Shown one piece after another: positions 47,650 through 56,501 of a stretch of 64,000 nt of DNA; position 1 is the stretch's first letter; each line of letters opens with the position of its first letter. The stretch comes from an uncultured Ruminococcus sp. (GTDB taxonomy: Bacteria > Bacillota > Clostridia > Lachnospirales > Lachnospiraceae): positions 216,366-280,365 of the forward strand of contig CAZUNG010000003.1 of the NCBI GenBank assembly GCA_964621905.1. The letters run 5' to 3'. The position numbers were made by a program, and so were the translations under genes. The notes under the pieces are model-generated. The model was not told the origin of the DNA and searched no databases. It worked only from the letters and a program-made list of their open reading frames with translations.

Positions 47650-48891
47650 ATGAATACCGGGGACACAGGCTTTATGTTAATTTGTACTGCATTTGTATTT
47701 CTTATGACACCGGCACTGGCATTTTTTTATGGAGGTCTTGTGAGACGGAAAAATGTCGTGAATACCATGATGGTTTGCGTGGCAATTATGGGATTATCTG
47801 TGGTAATGTGGACGTTATTCGGATATTCACTTTCGTTTGGAGGAAATCATGCAGGGATAATCGGGGACTTCCGCTGGCTTGGACTAAACGGTGTGGGAAT
47901 GGATGCAGGACCGTATGCAGAGACGATTCCTCATCTGGTCTACTGTGCATTTCAGATGATGTTCGCAATGATCACACCGGCATTGATTACCGGGGCAGTT
48001 GTGGGAAGAATGAGATTTAAAGCATTGTTTTTCTTTATCGCACTCTGGTCGGTGGCAGTCTATTATCCGCTGGCGCATATGGTGTGGGGAGAAGGCGGTT
48101 TGCTGGCAGCGATTGGTTCTGTGGATTTCGCAGGCGGAGATGTGGTTCATATCAGTTCCGGCATTACGGCACTGACCTTGGCCATTATTTTGGGAAGACG
48201 GCGTGGGTATGAGGTGATGACATACCGCGTACATAATATTCCTTTCGTTGTGCTTGGAGCGACGCTTCTCTGGTTTGGATGGTTCGGATTTAATGCGGGC
48301 AGTGCGCTTGCAGCAGATGGTCTGGCAGCACATGCATTTATGACCTCTGCAATTGCAGCCGCATCGGCGCTGTTATCATGGATGCTGATTGATGTGATCC
48401 GGAACGGGAAACCGACGCTTGTCGGCGCATCAACAGGACTGGTAGTGGGACTGGTGGCAATCACGCCGGGTGCGGGCTTCGTGCCGGTCTGGTCATCCTT
48501 CATCATCGGAGCGCTGGTCAGCCCGATCTGCTACTTTGGAGTGGCACTGGTTAAGAGAAAATTGAAAATAGATGATGCATTGGATGCGTTTGGATGCCAT
48601 GGAATCGGCGGGATTTGGGGTGGAATTGCCACCGGAATCTTTGCGAAGAGATCCATCAATGGTGTGGCTCGCTGGGACGGTCTTATCTATGGCGATTATC
48701 ATCTGTTCACGGCACAGATCATAGGGATCGCTGTTACGATTGGTGTTGCGATTGTTGGAACTCTCATTTGTGTGGCAATCGTTAAAGTGTTTACACCGCT
48801 GCGGGTAGAGGTAAAAGACGAACAGATTGGTTTGGACAATTCCCAGCATGGAGAAAACGCATATCCATGTTTCAACGGACTGGATCAGTAG
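47650..48891 (+). CDS. amt: Ammonium transporter
   Basis: FFYGGLVRRKN, FQMMFAMITPALITG, DFAGG.VVH, WFGWFGFNAGS, DDALDAFGCHG. Confidence 0.96.
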   Translation: MNTGDTGFMLICTAFVFLMTPALAFFYGGLVRRKNVVNTMMVCVAIMGLSVVMWTLFGYSLSFGGNHAGIIGDFRWLGLNGVGMDAGPYAETIPHLVYCAFQMMFAMITPALITGAVVGRMRFKALFFFIALWSVAVYYPLAHMVWGEGGLLAAIGSVDFAGGDVVHISSGITALTLAIILGRRRGYEVMTYRVHNIPFVVLGATLLWFGWFGFNAGSALAADGLAAHAFMTSAIAAASALLSWMLIDVIRNGKPTLVGASTGLVVGLVAITPGAGFVPVWSSFIIGALVSPICYFGVALVKRKLKIDDALDAFGCHGIGGIWGGIATGIFAKRSINGVARWDGLIYGDYHLFTAQIIGIAVTIGVAIVGTLICVAIVKVFTPLRVEVKDEQIGLDNSQHGENAYPCFNGLDQ

Positions 48892-48902
48892 GAGGAAGAG
48901 TC

Positions 48903-49247
48903 ATGATGATCAAGGTAGAAGCAATTGTGAGAGAAGAGAAATTTGAGGATATTAAACAGGCGCTGCAGGATATTGAAGTGAACGGAATGACAGTATCCCA
49001 AGTGATGGGTTGCGGTGTGCAAAGAGGGTACAAGGAGATTGTCAGAGGAATGGAAGTAGATATTCAGATGCGTCCGAAGATCAAGTTTGAGATTGTAGTG
49101 TCTTCTGAAGAGTGGGAGGCCAAGACGGTCGAAGCAATCCAGAAAGCAGCGTTTACCGGCGAGATGGGGGACGGAAAAATTTTCAGTTATGAAATCCGTT
49201 CCGCAATGAAAATCCGTACGAAAGAGACCGGGTATGATGCAATTTAA
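48903..49247 (+). CDS. glnK: PII nitrogen regulator (GlnB/GlnK)
   Basis: KVEAIVR, GCGVQRG, PKIKFEIV, TGEMGDGKIF; directly after amt. Confidence 0.92.
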   Translation: MMIKVEAIVREEKFEDIKQALQDIEVNGMTVSQVMGCGVQRGYKEIVRGMEVDIQMRPKIKFEIVVSSEEWEAKTVEAIQKAAFTGEMGDGKIFSYEIRSAMKIRTKETGYDAI

Positions 49248-49441
49248 GGACCGCAGTGAATGCGTTTATCTTCGGAACGATGGAAATTTAGGCCCGTGAA
49301 GTGGGGCCGGATAATCGCCGGGCGGCCGGTACGGTGTGAACGGCAGTAAAAAGAGAACAGGAATTACATAGAATTTTTTGTGTGAAATGTTATAATAAAC
49401 ACAAACGGCTTTTATTATGACATCAATACGGAGGATTTTTT

Positions 49442-50461
49442 ATGCGGGGTTGGGATGACCGAAAGGTATATGTGGCGAGGCACTGCTATCAGGACTGCTT
49501 CTGGGGGCTTGGATTTCGGGACGGATATCTGGAATTCCCTGTGCGGGATACTTCTGCAATTACGGTGCTGCCATGGGAGGATAATATCTCTGTGAAACCG
49601 CACCGGCACTCTTACTATGAATTTGCACTGGTTACAAAAGGGTCTTGTGTTCACAGCTACAAAGGAGTGAAAGCACCGCTGGTGCCGGGGGATGTCTTCT
49701 TGATAGAACCCCATCAGGAGCACAGTTATGAGATTCAGGCATCGGTTCATATTATAAACTGCAATTTTATCGCAGAGGGACTGGGTGATGACTGCAATGA
49801 GGTGATTTCGGGAGCCTCAAAGCCAAGAACAGGCACCCGCATGGATGAAGATACAAAGCGGCACTGGGATGAACTGCTTCGTTATGTTTCGCTGGAGGAG
49901 CAGGAAATCAGTCAGGAAGTGCGCCAGTCGTATCTGAACACGCAGGGTATCATCCATCTGGAGAGTAAGGAGATGGAAGAGGTAGAGCGCCTGCTGTGGA
50001 TTATGGTCGATGAGCAGGAGAAAAATGAACTGAATTCGGAGTACGCCAAAGCAGCGTATCTGCAGTTGATTCTGATCCTGTTTCAGCGTGTACAGGTTCA
50101 GAAAAACCAGAGGATCGGCAGGTATTCCAGTCAGAAGAAAGCGATGATCTATGATGCACTTGCTTACATTGAGGAACACCTGGATGAAAAAATTGATTTT
50201 GAAGAGATTTCCCAAAATTCGTTTCTGAGTCCCAGTTACTTTCGGGCGATTTTTAAAGATGTGACCGGGCTGACGCCGATTGAGTACCTGAACCGTATGC
50301 GGATCGTCAAGTCGCTGGAGTATCTGGAGATGGAGCAGCTCTCCATCACGGATGCTGCGGCCAGAGTCGGAATCTATGATTCCAACTATTATTCGAGACT
50401 GTTTAAAAAAGTGATGGGATACTCGCCCCGCTATTTTAAAAGTATCCGGGAAAAGGCATAG
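49442..50461 (+). CDS. AraC-family regulator, paralog B of 28648-29589
   Basis: HRHSYYEF cupin; C-terminus nearly identical to paralog A (KSLEYLEMEQ...FKKVMGYSPRYFK). Confidence 0.92.
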   Translation: MRGWDDRKVYVARHCYQDCFWGLGFRDGYLEFPVRDTSAITVLPWEDNISVKPHRHSYYEFALVTKGSCVHSYKGVKAPLVPGDVFLIEPHQEHSYEIQASVHIINCNFIAEGLGDDCNEVISGASKPRTGTRMDEDTKRHWDELLRYVSLEEQEISQEVRQSYLNTQGIIHLESKEMEEVERLLWIMVDEQEKNELNSEYAKAAYLQLILILFQRVQVQKNQRIGRYSSQKKAMIYDALAYIEEHLDEKIDFEEISQNSFLSPSYFRAIFKDVTGLTPIEYLNRMRIVKSLEYLEMEQLSITDAAARVGIYDSNYYSRLFKKVMGYSPRYFKSIREKA

Positions 50462-50470
50462 GTCAGTTTA

Positions 50471-51991
50471 TCACTGCAGAGAATCGTCGATCATAAAAGA
50501 AATCATCAGATGTGTCAGCTGCTCTCTGTTGTTAAAATCAATTCCCGTCAGTTCGATGATCTTATTGAGGCGGTAAATACACGTTGTCCGGTGGACAAAC
50601 AGTGATTCTGCCGTGTGGGAAATATTAAACTTATATTCGGTCAGTGCTTTCAGTGTCAGAATCAGACAACTGTGCGGGTGAAGGGCATCGTATTTTTTTA
50701 ATATGCTGATCGCCGGATGACAGAGTTCGGATGCAGGGTACTGGGACACACACTGAGATTTCAGATAATCGTACACAAAATCCGAAAAATAGTAATACCA
50801 GAACGACGGTGCCCTCTGTTCCCCGACCGAAAGAGCAGTCTCAGCTTCGCTGCAGAAGGTCTGAATGTTAAAAATGTCGGTAAAGGAATTGCTGATACCT
50901 GTTTTGCATAACGTTTCCCTCAAAAACAGTTTGAGATCATCCGGCAGCTGTTCTCCTCCCTGTGACAGTGACAAATTCCGCACACAGAAGATTCCGGCTG
51001 CATTGCTGATAAAGCAGCTGTTTTTAAGAAGGTTTTCAACCTGTATCCGCACAAAATCAAAAGAGATCGTAAAATGCTCCTCCTCCAGAAATTTAAACTT
51101 GAGCACCTGATAGCAATGATTTTTCTCCCAGCCATAGGAGGAGAGCACCGCAGTATATCTGTGCATATCTTCAACAGACCCCTGTATCATATGATTTACG
51201 ATACTGTACAGGCTGTGTCTGCTGTCGGAATAGGGCGAGGAGCTGCTCTCGACGGAAAAGGCGTGGGTGATAGAGTTGCCGAGTGCTTCGATCACTGCAA
51301 GTTTTCCGCTGAAATATATGTGTTTTTTGAACTTTGCCACCAGTCTGGCACAATATCTGCCATTTAAAAAAATATTGATATAATAAAGAAGCAGATTACG
51401 GTTTCCGGACGGATAGTTCTGAACTCCGTGGAGGGAGAAGGCTTCTTTAAATTCTGTTTCCTGATTATATTCCGTCACCTGTTCCCAGGTCATGCTGGAG
51501 GTTTGCGGAAATTCAGACACTTTGTAGAAATTTTTCGTTGTGACTAGGTAGTGATAATCGGCATCGACAAGGGCCATTTCCATATCGGTTAACCGCGAGG
51601 CCACATCAAACAATTCTTTTGCATACTGCAGACTGGACCGTGTCAGCAGCAGGAGATCATGAAAGCGGTCAAAATCTGTCCAGATTTCCTGAAGCTGATT
51701 TGCCAGTTCAAAAACAGACATTTCTTCATTGACGTAGATGACGTCACAGTCTTCATGAAAGAGCGCTTTCTGCTCTTGCTTTTTTTGACATAAAAAAGTA
51801 TATCCGCTGCGGTCTTCCAAACGGACAAACACAGGGTAAGAGATGATCTGCAGGTATTGTGTGCTGCGCTCGGAAGCAGACGGATAAAATAAAAATCCTT
51901 TGAGTGGAATGTCTGAAAAAGCATGGTCCGGGCGCTCCATACATAGTGTTGATGACATTGTTTCATATATCAGACTTGCGGTAAGTTCCAT
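50471..51991 (-). CDS. PucR/CdaR-family transcriptional regulator
   Basis: C-terminal YKFNISHTAESLFVHRTTCIYRLNKIIELTG HTH; GGAGG RBS; TTGACA-17-TACATT promoter at 52019-52047. Confidence 0.85.
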   Translation of the reverse strand: MELTASLIYETMSSTLCMERPDHAFSDIPLKGFLFYPSASERSTQYLQIISYPVFVRLEDRSGYTFLCQKKQEQKALFHEDCDVIYVNEEMSVFELANQLQEIWTDFDRFHDLLLLTRSSLQYAKELFDVASRLTDMEMALVDADYHYLVTTKNFYKVSEFPQTSSMTWEQVTEYNQETEFKEAFSLHGVQNYPSGNRNLLLYYINIFLNGRYCARLVAKFKKHIYFSGKLAVIEALGNSITHAFSVESSSSPYSDSRHSLYSIVNHMIQGSVEDMHRYTAVLSSYGWEKNHCYQVLKFKFLEEEHFTISFDFVRIQVENLLKNSCFISNAAGIFCVRNLSLSQGGEQLPDDLKLFLRETLCKTGISNSFTDIFNIQTFCSEAETALSVGEQRAPSFWYYYFSDFVYDYLKSQCVSQYPASELCHPAISILKKYDALHPHSCLILTLKALTEYKFNISHTAESLFVHRTTCIYRLNKIIELTGIDFNNREQLTHLMISFMIDDSLQ

Positions 51992-52131
51992 AAACACCTC
52001 CATTAGCTGTTACTACAAAATGTAGCAAAAACATTTGTAAATGTCAATACTCTGAGAGTTAATCCGGATGAAACCAAATGCTATAATAAGAACAGAAAAT
52101 GGAAACGGGTATCAGAAAGGATGTGCTGTGT

Positions 52132-53253
52132 ATGGAAAGAAAAAAGTTTGATAACAGTGAGCTGGATATTATCGACTATAAGAAATGTGGAGCCATGGCG
52201 ATTTTTAAGCCCCTGTTCGGAGGTAATGTCCCTCCGGAACCGGTCTATAACACACCGGTTACACCGAAAGAAAACTGGAAACTGGCGGTGGCCGGCAAAA
52301 AGCCTTACTGGATCCCGCGGGGAGGATGGGGGTTTTGTGACATTAATGTGTTCAGACCCAGAATTCATCCTGACAATGTAGTGACACATATTATCTGTGA
52401 CGGGGAGGAGGATTACCCGTATACTTCCAATACCATGACGAGTGACTGGTTTGGACTGGACTGGGTATTTGTACCTCATGTGGGCGGTGCCACAGTCAAA
52501 CCGGGGCATCCGAAGGTTCTGGATGCTTCCTGCTGGGAAGATTACGTTGCGCTTCCAAACCTGGATACTATGGACTTCGCTGAATGCGGAGAGAAAAACA
52601 GGGAGTTCTTAAATACTCCGAAGATGAATCAGCTGGGAATCCTGTCAGGGTTCTGGGAAAGACTGATGTCTTTGATGGATGTGGAAGGAGCAGCGGTTGC
52701 GCTGGTTGACGAGGAACAAAAGGCAGGGGTACACAGGCTGTTCGACGCGCTGTGCTGTCTGTACGACGAATATATTGAACGTATGGTAACATACTGCGAT
52801 ATCGACTGCGTACTGGTCCATGATGACTGGGGAACACAGAACGGTCCGTTTTTTTCGCTGGAGACGTGTATGGAAATGATCGCGCCTTATCTGAAGCGAA
52901 TGGTGGAATCGGCACACAGGCGCGGACTGTTGTTTGAACTGCACAGCTGCGGGAAAATGGAAAAACTGGTGCCCGCTATTCTGGAGGCAAAGGTGGATAT
53001 CTGGTGTCCGCAAAGTATCAACGATTTTGACTCGCTGGTTGAGACATATAAAGATGAACCGCTGATTTTTGGAAAACAGGGAATTGAAGTGCCGCAGGGG
53101 CTCGGTGATGAAGAATACCGCAGGCTTGGCAAAGAGTGGGCGGCAAAATATATTGATCATCATGTGTGCACAGCCACCCGGGGGATTCCTGAGGCATTTA
53201 TACAGGGGGTTTATGAGTATAGCCGGACGGCTTACCAGAGCGCGGAAGACTAA
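52132..53253 (+). CDS. Uroporphyrinogen decarboxylase/MtaA-fold protein 3
   Basis: HDDWGTQNGPFFS, ELHSCGK, W.PQ.IND; divergent from the PucR regulator. Confidence 0.8.
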   Translation: MERKKFDNSELDIIDYKKCGAMAIFKPLFGGNVPPEPVYNTPVTPKENWKLAVAGKKPYWIPRGGWGFCDINVFRPRIHPDNVVTHIICDGEEDYPYTSNTMTSDWFGLDWVFVPHVGGATVKPGHPKVLDASCWEDYVALPNLDTMDFAECGEKNREFLNTPKMNQLGILSGFWERLMSLMDVEGAAVALVDEEQKAGVHRLFDALCCLYDEYIERMVTYCDIDCVLVHDDWGTQNGPFFSLETCMEMIAPYLKRMVESAHRRGLLFELHSCGKMEKLVPAILEAKVDIWCPQSINDFDSLVETYKDEPLIFGKQGIEVPQGLGDEEYRRLGKEWAAKYIDHHVCTATRGIPEAFIQGVYEYSRTAYQSAED

Positions 53254-53335
53254 AGATTGTGCAAAAAGTACTGCTTTTTCATATGCGGGGGTACCGTTTT
53301 TATGATATGCTTTTCATAAATGGAGGCGAGCCGAT

Positions 53336-53693
53336 ATGACGCATATGAATCTTTATAATATGAAACTGAATCAGATCTGATTTGGATGACTACGCACATC
53401 AGAGGGGGGCCTTTATATCACCAGCCGTCTTCGATGCAGTCATTGCTCGGGGACTAAAAAAGATTGTAAGTGCGGTGGAAGCAAATGGAATGAAATATCT
53501 CCAGCACTGCTGCGGGCAGGTACAGGCGGTGCTTGACAATCTGTACGCTGTCGGCGTACGGAGGATTGATAATCCTTACAGCTCTGAAGCGGATATCCGC
53601 AGGGAAGTCCGCAGATGTATTGATGAGTATGCTCCCGGGAAAAAATTGGGCATTGTTGTTGATGAATCAATGGAATTAAAAAAAGGTTTTTAG
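53336..53693 (+). pseudogene. Internally deleted UroD/MtaA-fold remnant
   Basis: DDYAHQRGAFISPAVF...LQHCCGQ aligns with DDWGTQNGPFFS...LHSCGK of the previous gene; the RBS-linked ATG 53336 closes after 14 codons. Confidence 0.65.
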
Positions 53694-53706
53694 AAGCTGA
53701 TTGAGG

Positions 53707-53750
53707 CGGCAGCCCATATCCAGAACCAGGATATGGACTGCTGTTTTTTT
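53707..53750 (+). terminator. Intrinsic terminator
   Basis: GCAGCCCATATCC-AGAACCA-GGATATGGACTGC followed by a U-tract. Confidence 0.8.
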
Positions 53751-53858
53751 CGTTCGTGAGTAAATTTCTCAATAACTGAAAAACCATGGAAAAACAGGAA
53801 AGAGAGGATTATAATGAATCCCATATTATGGCAGAAATGCTGTTGGGAGGCGGATGAT

Positions 53859-53939
53859 ATGAAGCACCATAAATTTTGGGCGTGGGGCATGGTGATTTGC
53901 CTCACAATGGCCATGTATACTGGCTATAAGCATAAGTAG
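53859..53939 (+). CDS. 26-aa hydrophobic peptide MKHHKFWAWGMVICLTMAMYTGYKHK (DUF6219-like)
   Basis: GGAGG RBS, single TM segment; below the ORF-track length cutoff. Confidence 0.7.
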   Translation: MKHHKFWAWGMVICLTMAMYTGYKHK

Positions 53940-53955
53940 AACGGAGGTACATAAG

Positions 53956-54273
53956 ATGTTAGATTGTTTTAAGTGTATTCATTTAAAAAAAACAGGACTT
54001 TTTGCTGCCGGGGTTTTATTTGGAACGGCAGGAATCAAACTGCTTTCCAGCAAGGATGCAAAAAAAGTGTATACTAACTGTACGGCGGCAGTGTTAAGAG
54101 CGAAAGAATGTGTGATGAAGACGGCCACCACTGTTCAGGAAAATGTCGAAGACATTTATGCGGAGGCAAAGCAGATCAATGAAGAGCGCATGACAGAAGA
54201 AGAAATTGACGGTGTGGAGGGTAATGTTCAAGACTCTGCTGCAGAGACGGCGGAAGAGGAAGCAACCGAATAA
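53956..54273 (+). CDS. DUF6110/DUF1490-like small protein associated with P1B ATPases
   Basis: GLFAAGVLFGTAGIKLLSSKDAKK.Y...AAVLRAKE.VM pattern; GGAGG RBS. Confidence 0.7.
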   Translation: MLDCFKCIHLKKTGLFAAGVLFGTAGIKLLSSKDAKKVYTNCTAAVLRAKECVMKTATTVQENVEDIYAEAKQINEERMTEEEIDGVEGNVQDSAAETAEEEATE

Positions 54274-54276
54274 AGA

Positions 54277-54317
54277 GCAAACAGCACCTGTAGGAAATGA
54301 CTACAGGTGCTGTTTGC
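54277..54317 (+). other. 17-bp perfect intra-operon stem-loop
   Basis: GCAAACAGCACCTGTAG-GAAATGA-CTACAGGTGCTGTTTGC, no U-tract. Confidence 0.75.
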
Positions 54318-54375
54318 CCATAAGGTGTAAAAAGGACTGCCGGCGGCGGACTTTCTTGTTGGAAAGAAGGATACG

Positions 54376-56451
54376 ATGAAGTTTAAAATCAAGCACGAAA
54401 TGAAGGGCAGAATCCGTATTCATGTGATGCAGAAAAATATGACATATGAGGAGGCGGATATTCTGCTGTATTATCTTCACAATCTAAAATGTGTTACGTT
54501 TGCAAAAGTCTATGAACGAACACAGGATGCAGTGGTCAGTTATGTCGGCGGCAGAGATGAGATTGTGGATGCTTTAAAAAAATTTCAGTACGGGTGTGTA
54601 AAAGTTCCCAGTGAACTGATTGAAAATTCGGGCAGGGAGCTGAATGCGAAGTACTGGGAGAAACTGGCGAACAAGGTGATCATGCGCGCCGGCAACAGGC
54701 TGCTGCTGCCATACCCGGTTCAGACGGCACTGGCGGCTGTGAAATCTGTCAAATACATCTGGAAAGGGATTCAGACTCTGGCAAAGGGGAAAATTGAAGT
54801 CCCCGTTCTGGACGCGACAGCGATCAGTGTCTCTATTTTAAGGGGGGATATCAAAACCGCCGGTTCCATCATGTTTCTGCTTGGAATCGGTGAGATTCTG
54901 GAAGAGTGGACGCATAAGAAGTCCGTAGATGACCTGGCCAGAACGATGTCTTTAAATGTCGGTAAAGTCTGGATGGTTCAAAAAGACCAGGAGATTCTGG
55001 TACCGGCGTCTGAGATAAAAGCAGGAGACGAGGTACGGATACGGGTGGGGAATGTAGTGCCGTTTGACGGGGTCGTGACGACGGGCGAGGCAATGCTGAA
55101 TCAGACATCGCTGACCGGCGAGTCTGTTCCTGTCAGAAAGACTGCCTGCAAATACGTATATGCCGGAACTGTGGTGGAAGAGGGTGAGATCACTGTCTGC
55201 GTGAAAGAAGTGGAAGGGTCCAGCAGATATGAAAAGATTGTCAAATTGATCGAGGAGTCGGAGAGGCTAAAGTCAGTGCTGGAGAGCAAGGCGGAGCATC
55301 TGGCCGACCGGCTCGTCCCTTATACACTGGCGGGAACAGCAATTACCTATCTGTTTACCAGAAATATCACAAAAGCGCTGTCTGTTCTCATGGTGGATTT
55401 CTCCTGCGCACTGAAACTGGCGATGCCAATCTCCGTACTGTCGGCGATTCGGGAGGCAAGCCTGTATCATGTGACGGTTAAGGGTGGAAAATATCTTGAA
55501 GCTGTTGCACAGGCGGATACGATTGTATTTGACAAAACCGGAACACTGACGAAGGCAAAACCGACGGTGGTGGACGTGGTATCATTCTGTGATATGGAAC
55601 CGGAGGAGCTGCTGCGCACAGCGGCGTGTCTGGAAGAGCATTTTCCGCATTCTATGGCAAAGGCAGTCGTACAGGCGGCAAAAGCAAAAAAACTGTACCA
55701 CGAAGAAAAGCATTCAAAAGTGGAGTATATCGTTGCCCATGGGATTTCAACCACAATTGATGGCGAGAGGACGGTGATTGGAAGTTACCATTTTGTCTTT
55801 GAAGATGAAAAATGTGTGATCACAGAGGAACAGAGACAAAAATTTGAAGAGCTTCCTGCAGAGTATTCTCATCTGTATCTGGCAATTGAAAATCATCTGG
55901 CAGCTGTCATCTGCATTGCTGATCCGCTGAGAGATGAAGCGCAGGCGGTCGTAAATTCTCTGAAAAAAGCGGGTATCAGCAAAGTTGTCATGATGACTGG
56001 GGACAGCGAGCGCACAGCGTGTGCGATTGCGGCCGAAATTGGAGCCGATGAGTATTATTCGGAAGTACTGCCTGAAGACAAGGCAAAGTTTATCGAAAAA
56101 GAAAAGGCAGAAGGAAGAAAGGTCATCATGATCGGAGATGGCATTAATGATTCACCGGCACTTTCTGCGGCGGACGTGGGAATTGCCATCAGTGACGGGG
56201 CGGAGATTGCCCGGGAAATTGCAGATATCACGATCGGAGCGGATGATTTATTTGGTATTATGACGCTGAAAGCTATCAGTGACGGGCTGATGAAACGGAT
56301 TGGCAGGAATTACAGGTTTATCGTGGGTTTTAATGCAGGACTGATCATTCTCGGGATTGGAGGCGTCCTGCAGCCAACTACTTCAGCCCTGTTCCACAAC
56401 ACATCAACACTGGCGATAAGCCTGAAAAGTATGCAAAATTTACTGAATTAA
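54376..56451 (+). CDS. Heavy-metal P1B-type ATPase with SCA motif
   Basis: LTGES, VDFSCAL, DKTGT, EHFPHS, MTGD, GDGINDSPAL, HN.ST. Confidence 0.93.
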   Translation: MKFKIKHEMKGRIRIHVMQKNMTYEEADILLYYLHNLKCVTFAKVYERTQDAVVSYVGGRDEIVDALKKFQYGCVKVPSELIENSGRELNAKYWEKLANKVIMRAGNRLLLPYPVQTALAAVKSVKYIWKGIQTLAKGKIEVPVLDATAISVSILRGDIKTAGSIMFLLGIGEILEEWTHKKSVDDLARTMSLNVGKVWMVQKDQEILVPASEIKAGDEVRIRVGNVVPFDGVVTTGEAMLNQTSLTGESVPVRKTACKYVYAGTVVEEGEITVCVKEVEGSSRYEKIVKLIEESERLKSVLESKAEHLADRLVPYTLAGTAITYLFTRNITKALSVLMVDFSCALKLAMPISVLSAIREASLYHVTVKGGKYLEAVAQADTIVFDKTGTLTKAKPTVVDVVSFCDMEPEELLRTAACLEEHFPHSMAKAVVQAAKAKKLYHEEKHSKVEYIVAHGISTTIDGERTVIGSYHFVFEDEKCVITEEQRQKFEELPAEYSHLYLAIENHLAAVICIADPLRDEAQAVVNSLKKAGISKVVMMTGDSERTACAIAAEIGADEYYSEVLPEDKAKFIEKEKAEGRKVIMIGDGINDSPALSAADVGIAISDGAEIAREIADITIGADDLFGIMTLKAISDGLMKRIGRNYRFIVGFNAGLIILGIGGVLQPTTSALFHNTSTLAISLKSMQNLLN

Positions 56452-56463
56452 ATAACAGATACG

Positions 56464-56501
56464 AACAGCTGCAGAGATGAGATGCTCTGCAGCTGTTTTT
56501 T
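56464..56501. terminator. Bidirectional terminator
   Basis: AACAGCTGCAGAG-ATGAGATG-CTCTGCAGCTGTT between convergent genes. Confidence 0.85.

Noticed and set aside
29708-53253. Calling the UroD-fold genes hemE
   Set aside because: No tetrapyrrole genes nearby, several divergent paralogs, and motifs closer to the MtaA/URO-D-like branch.
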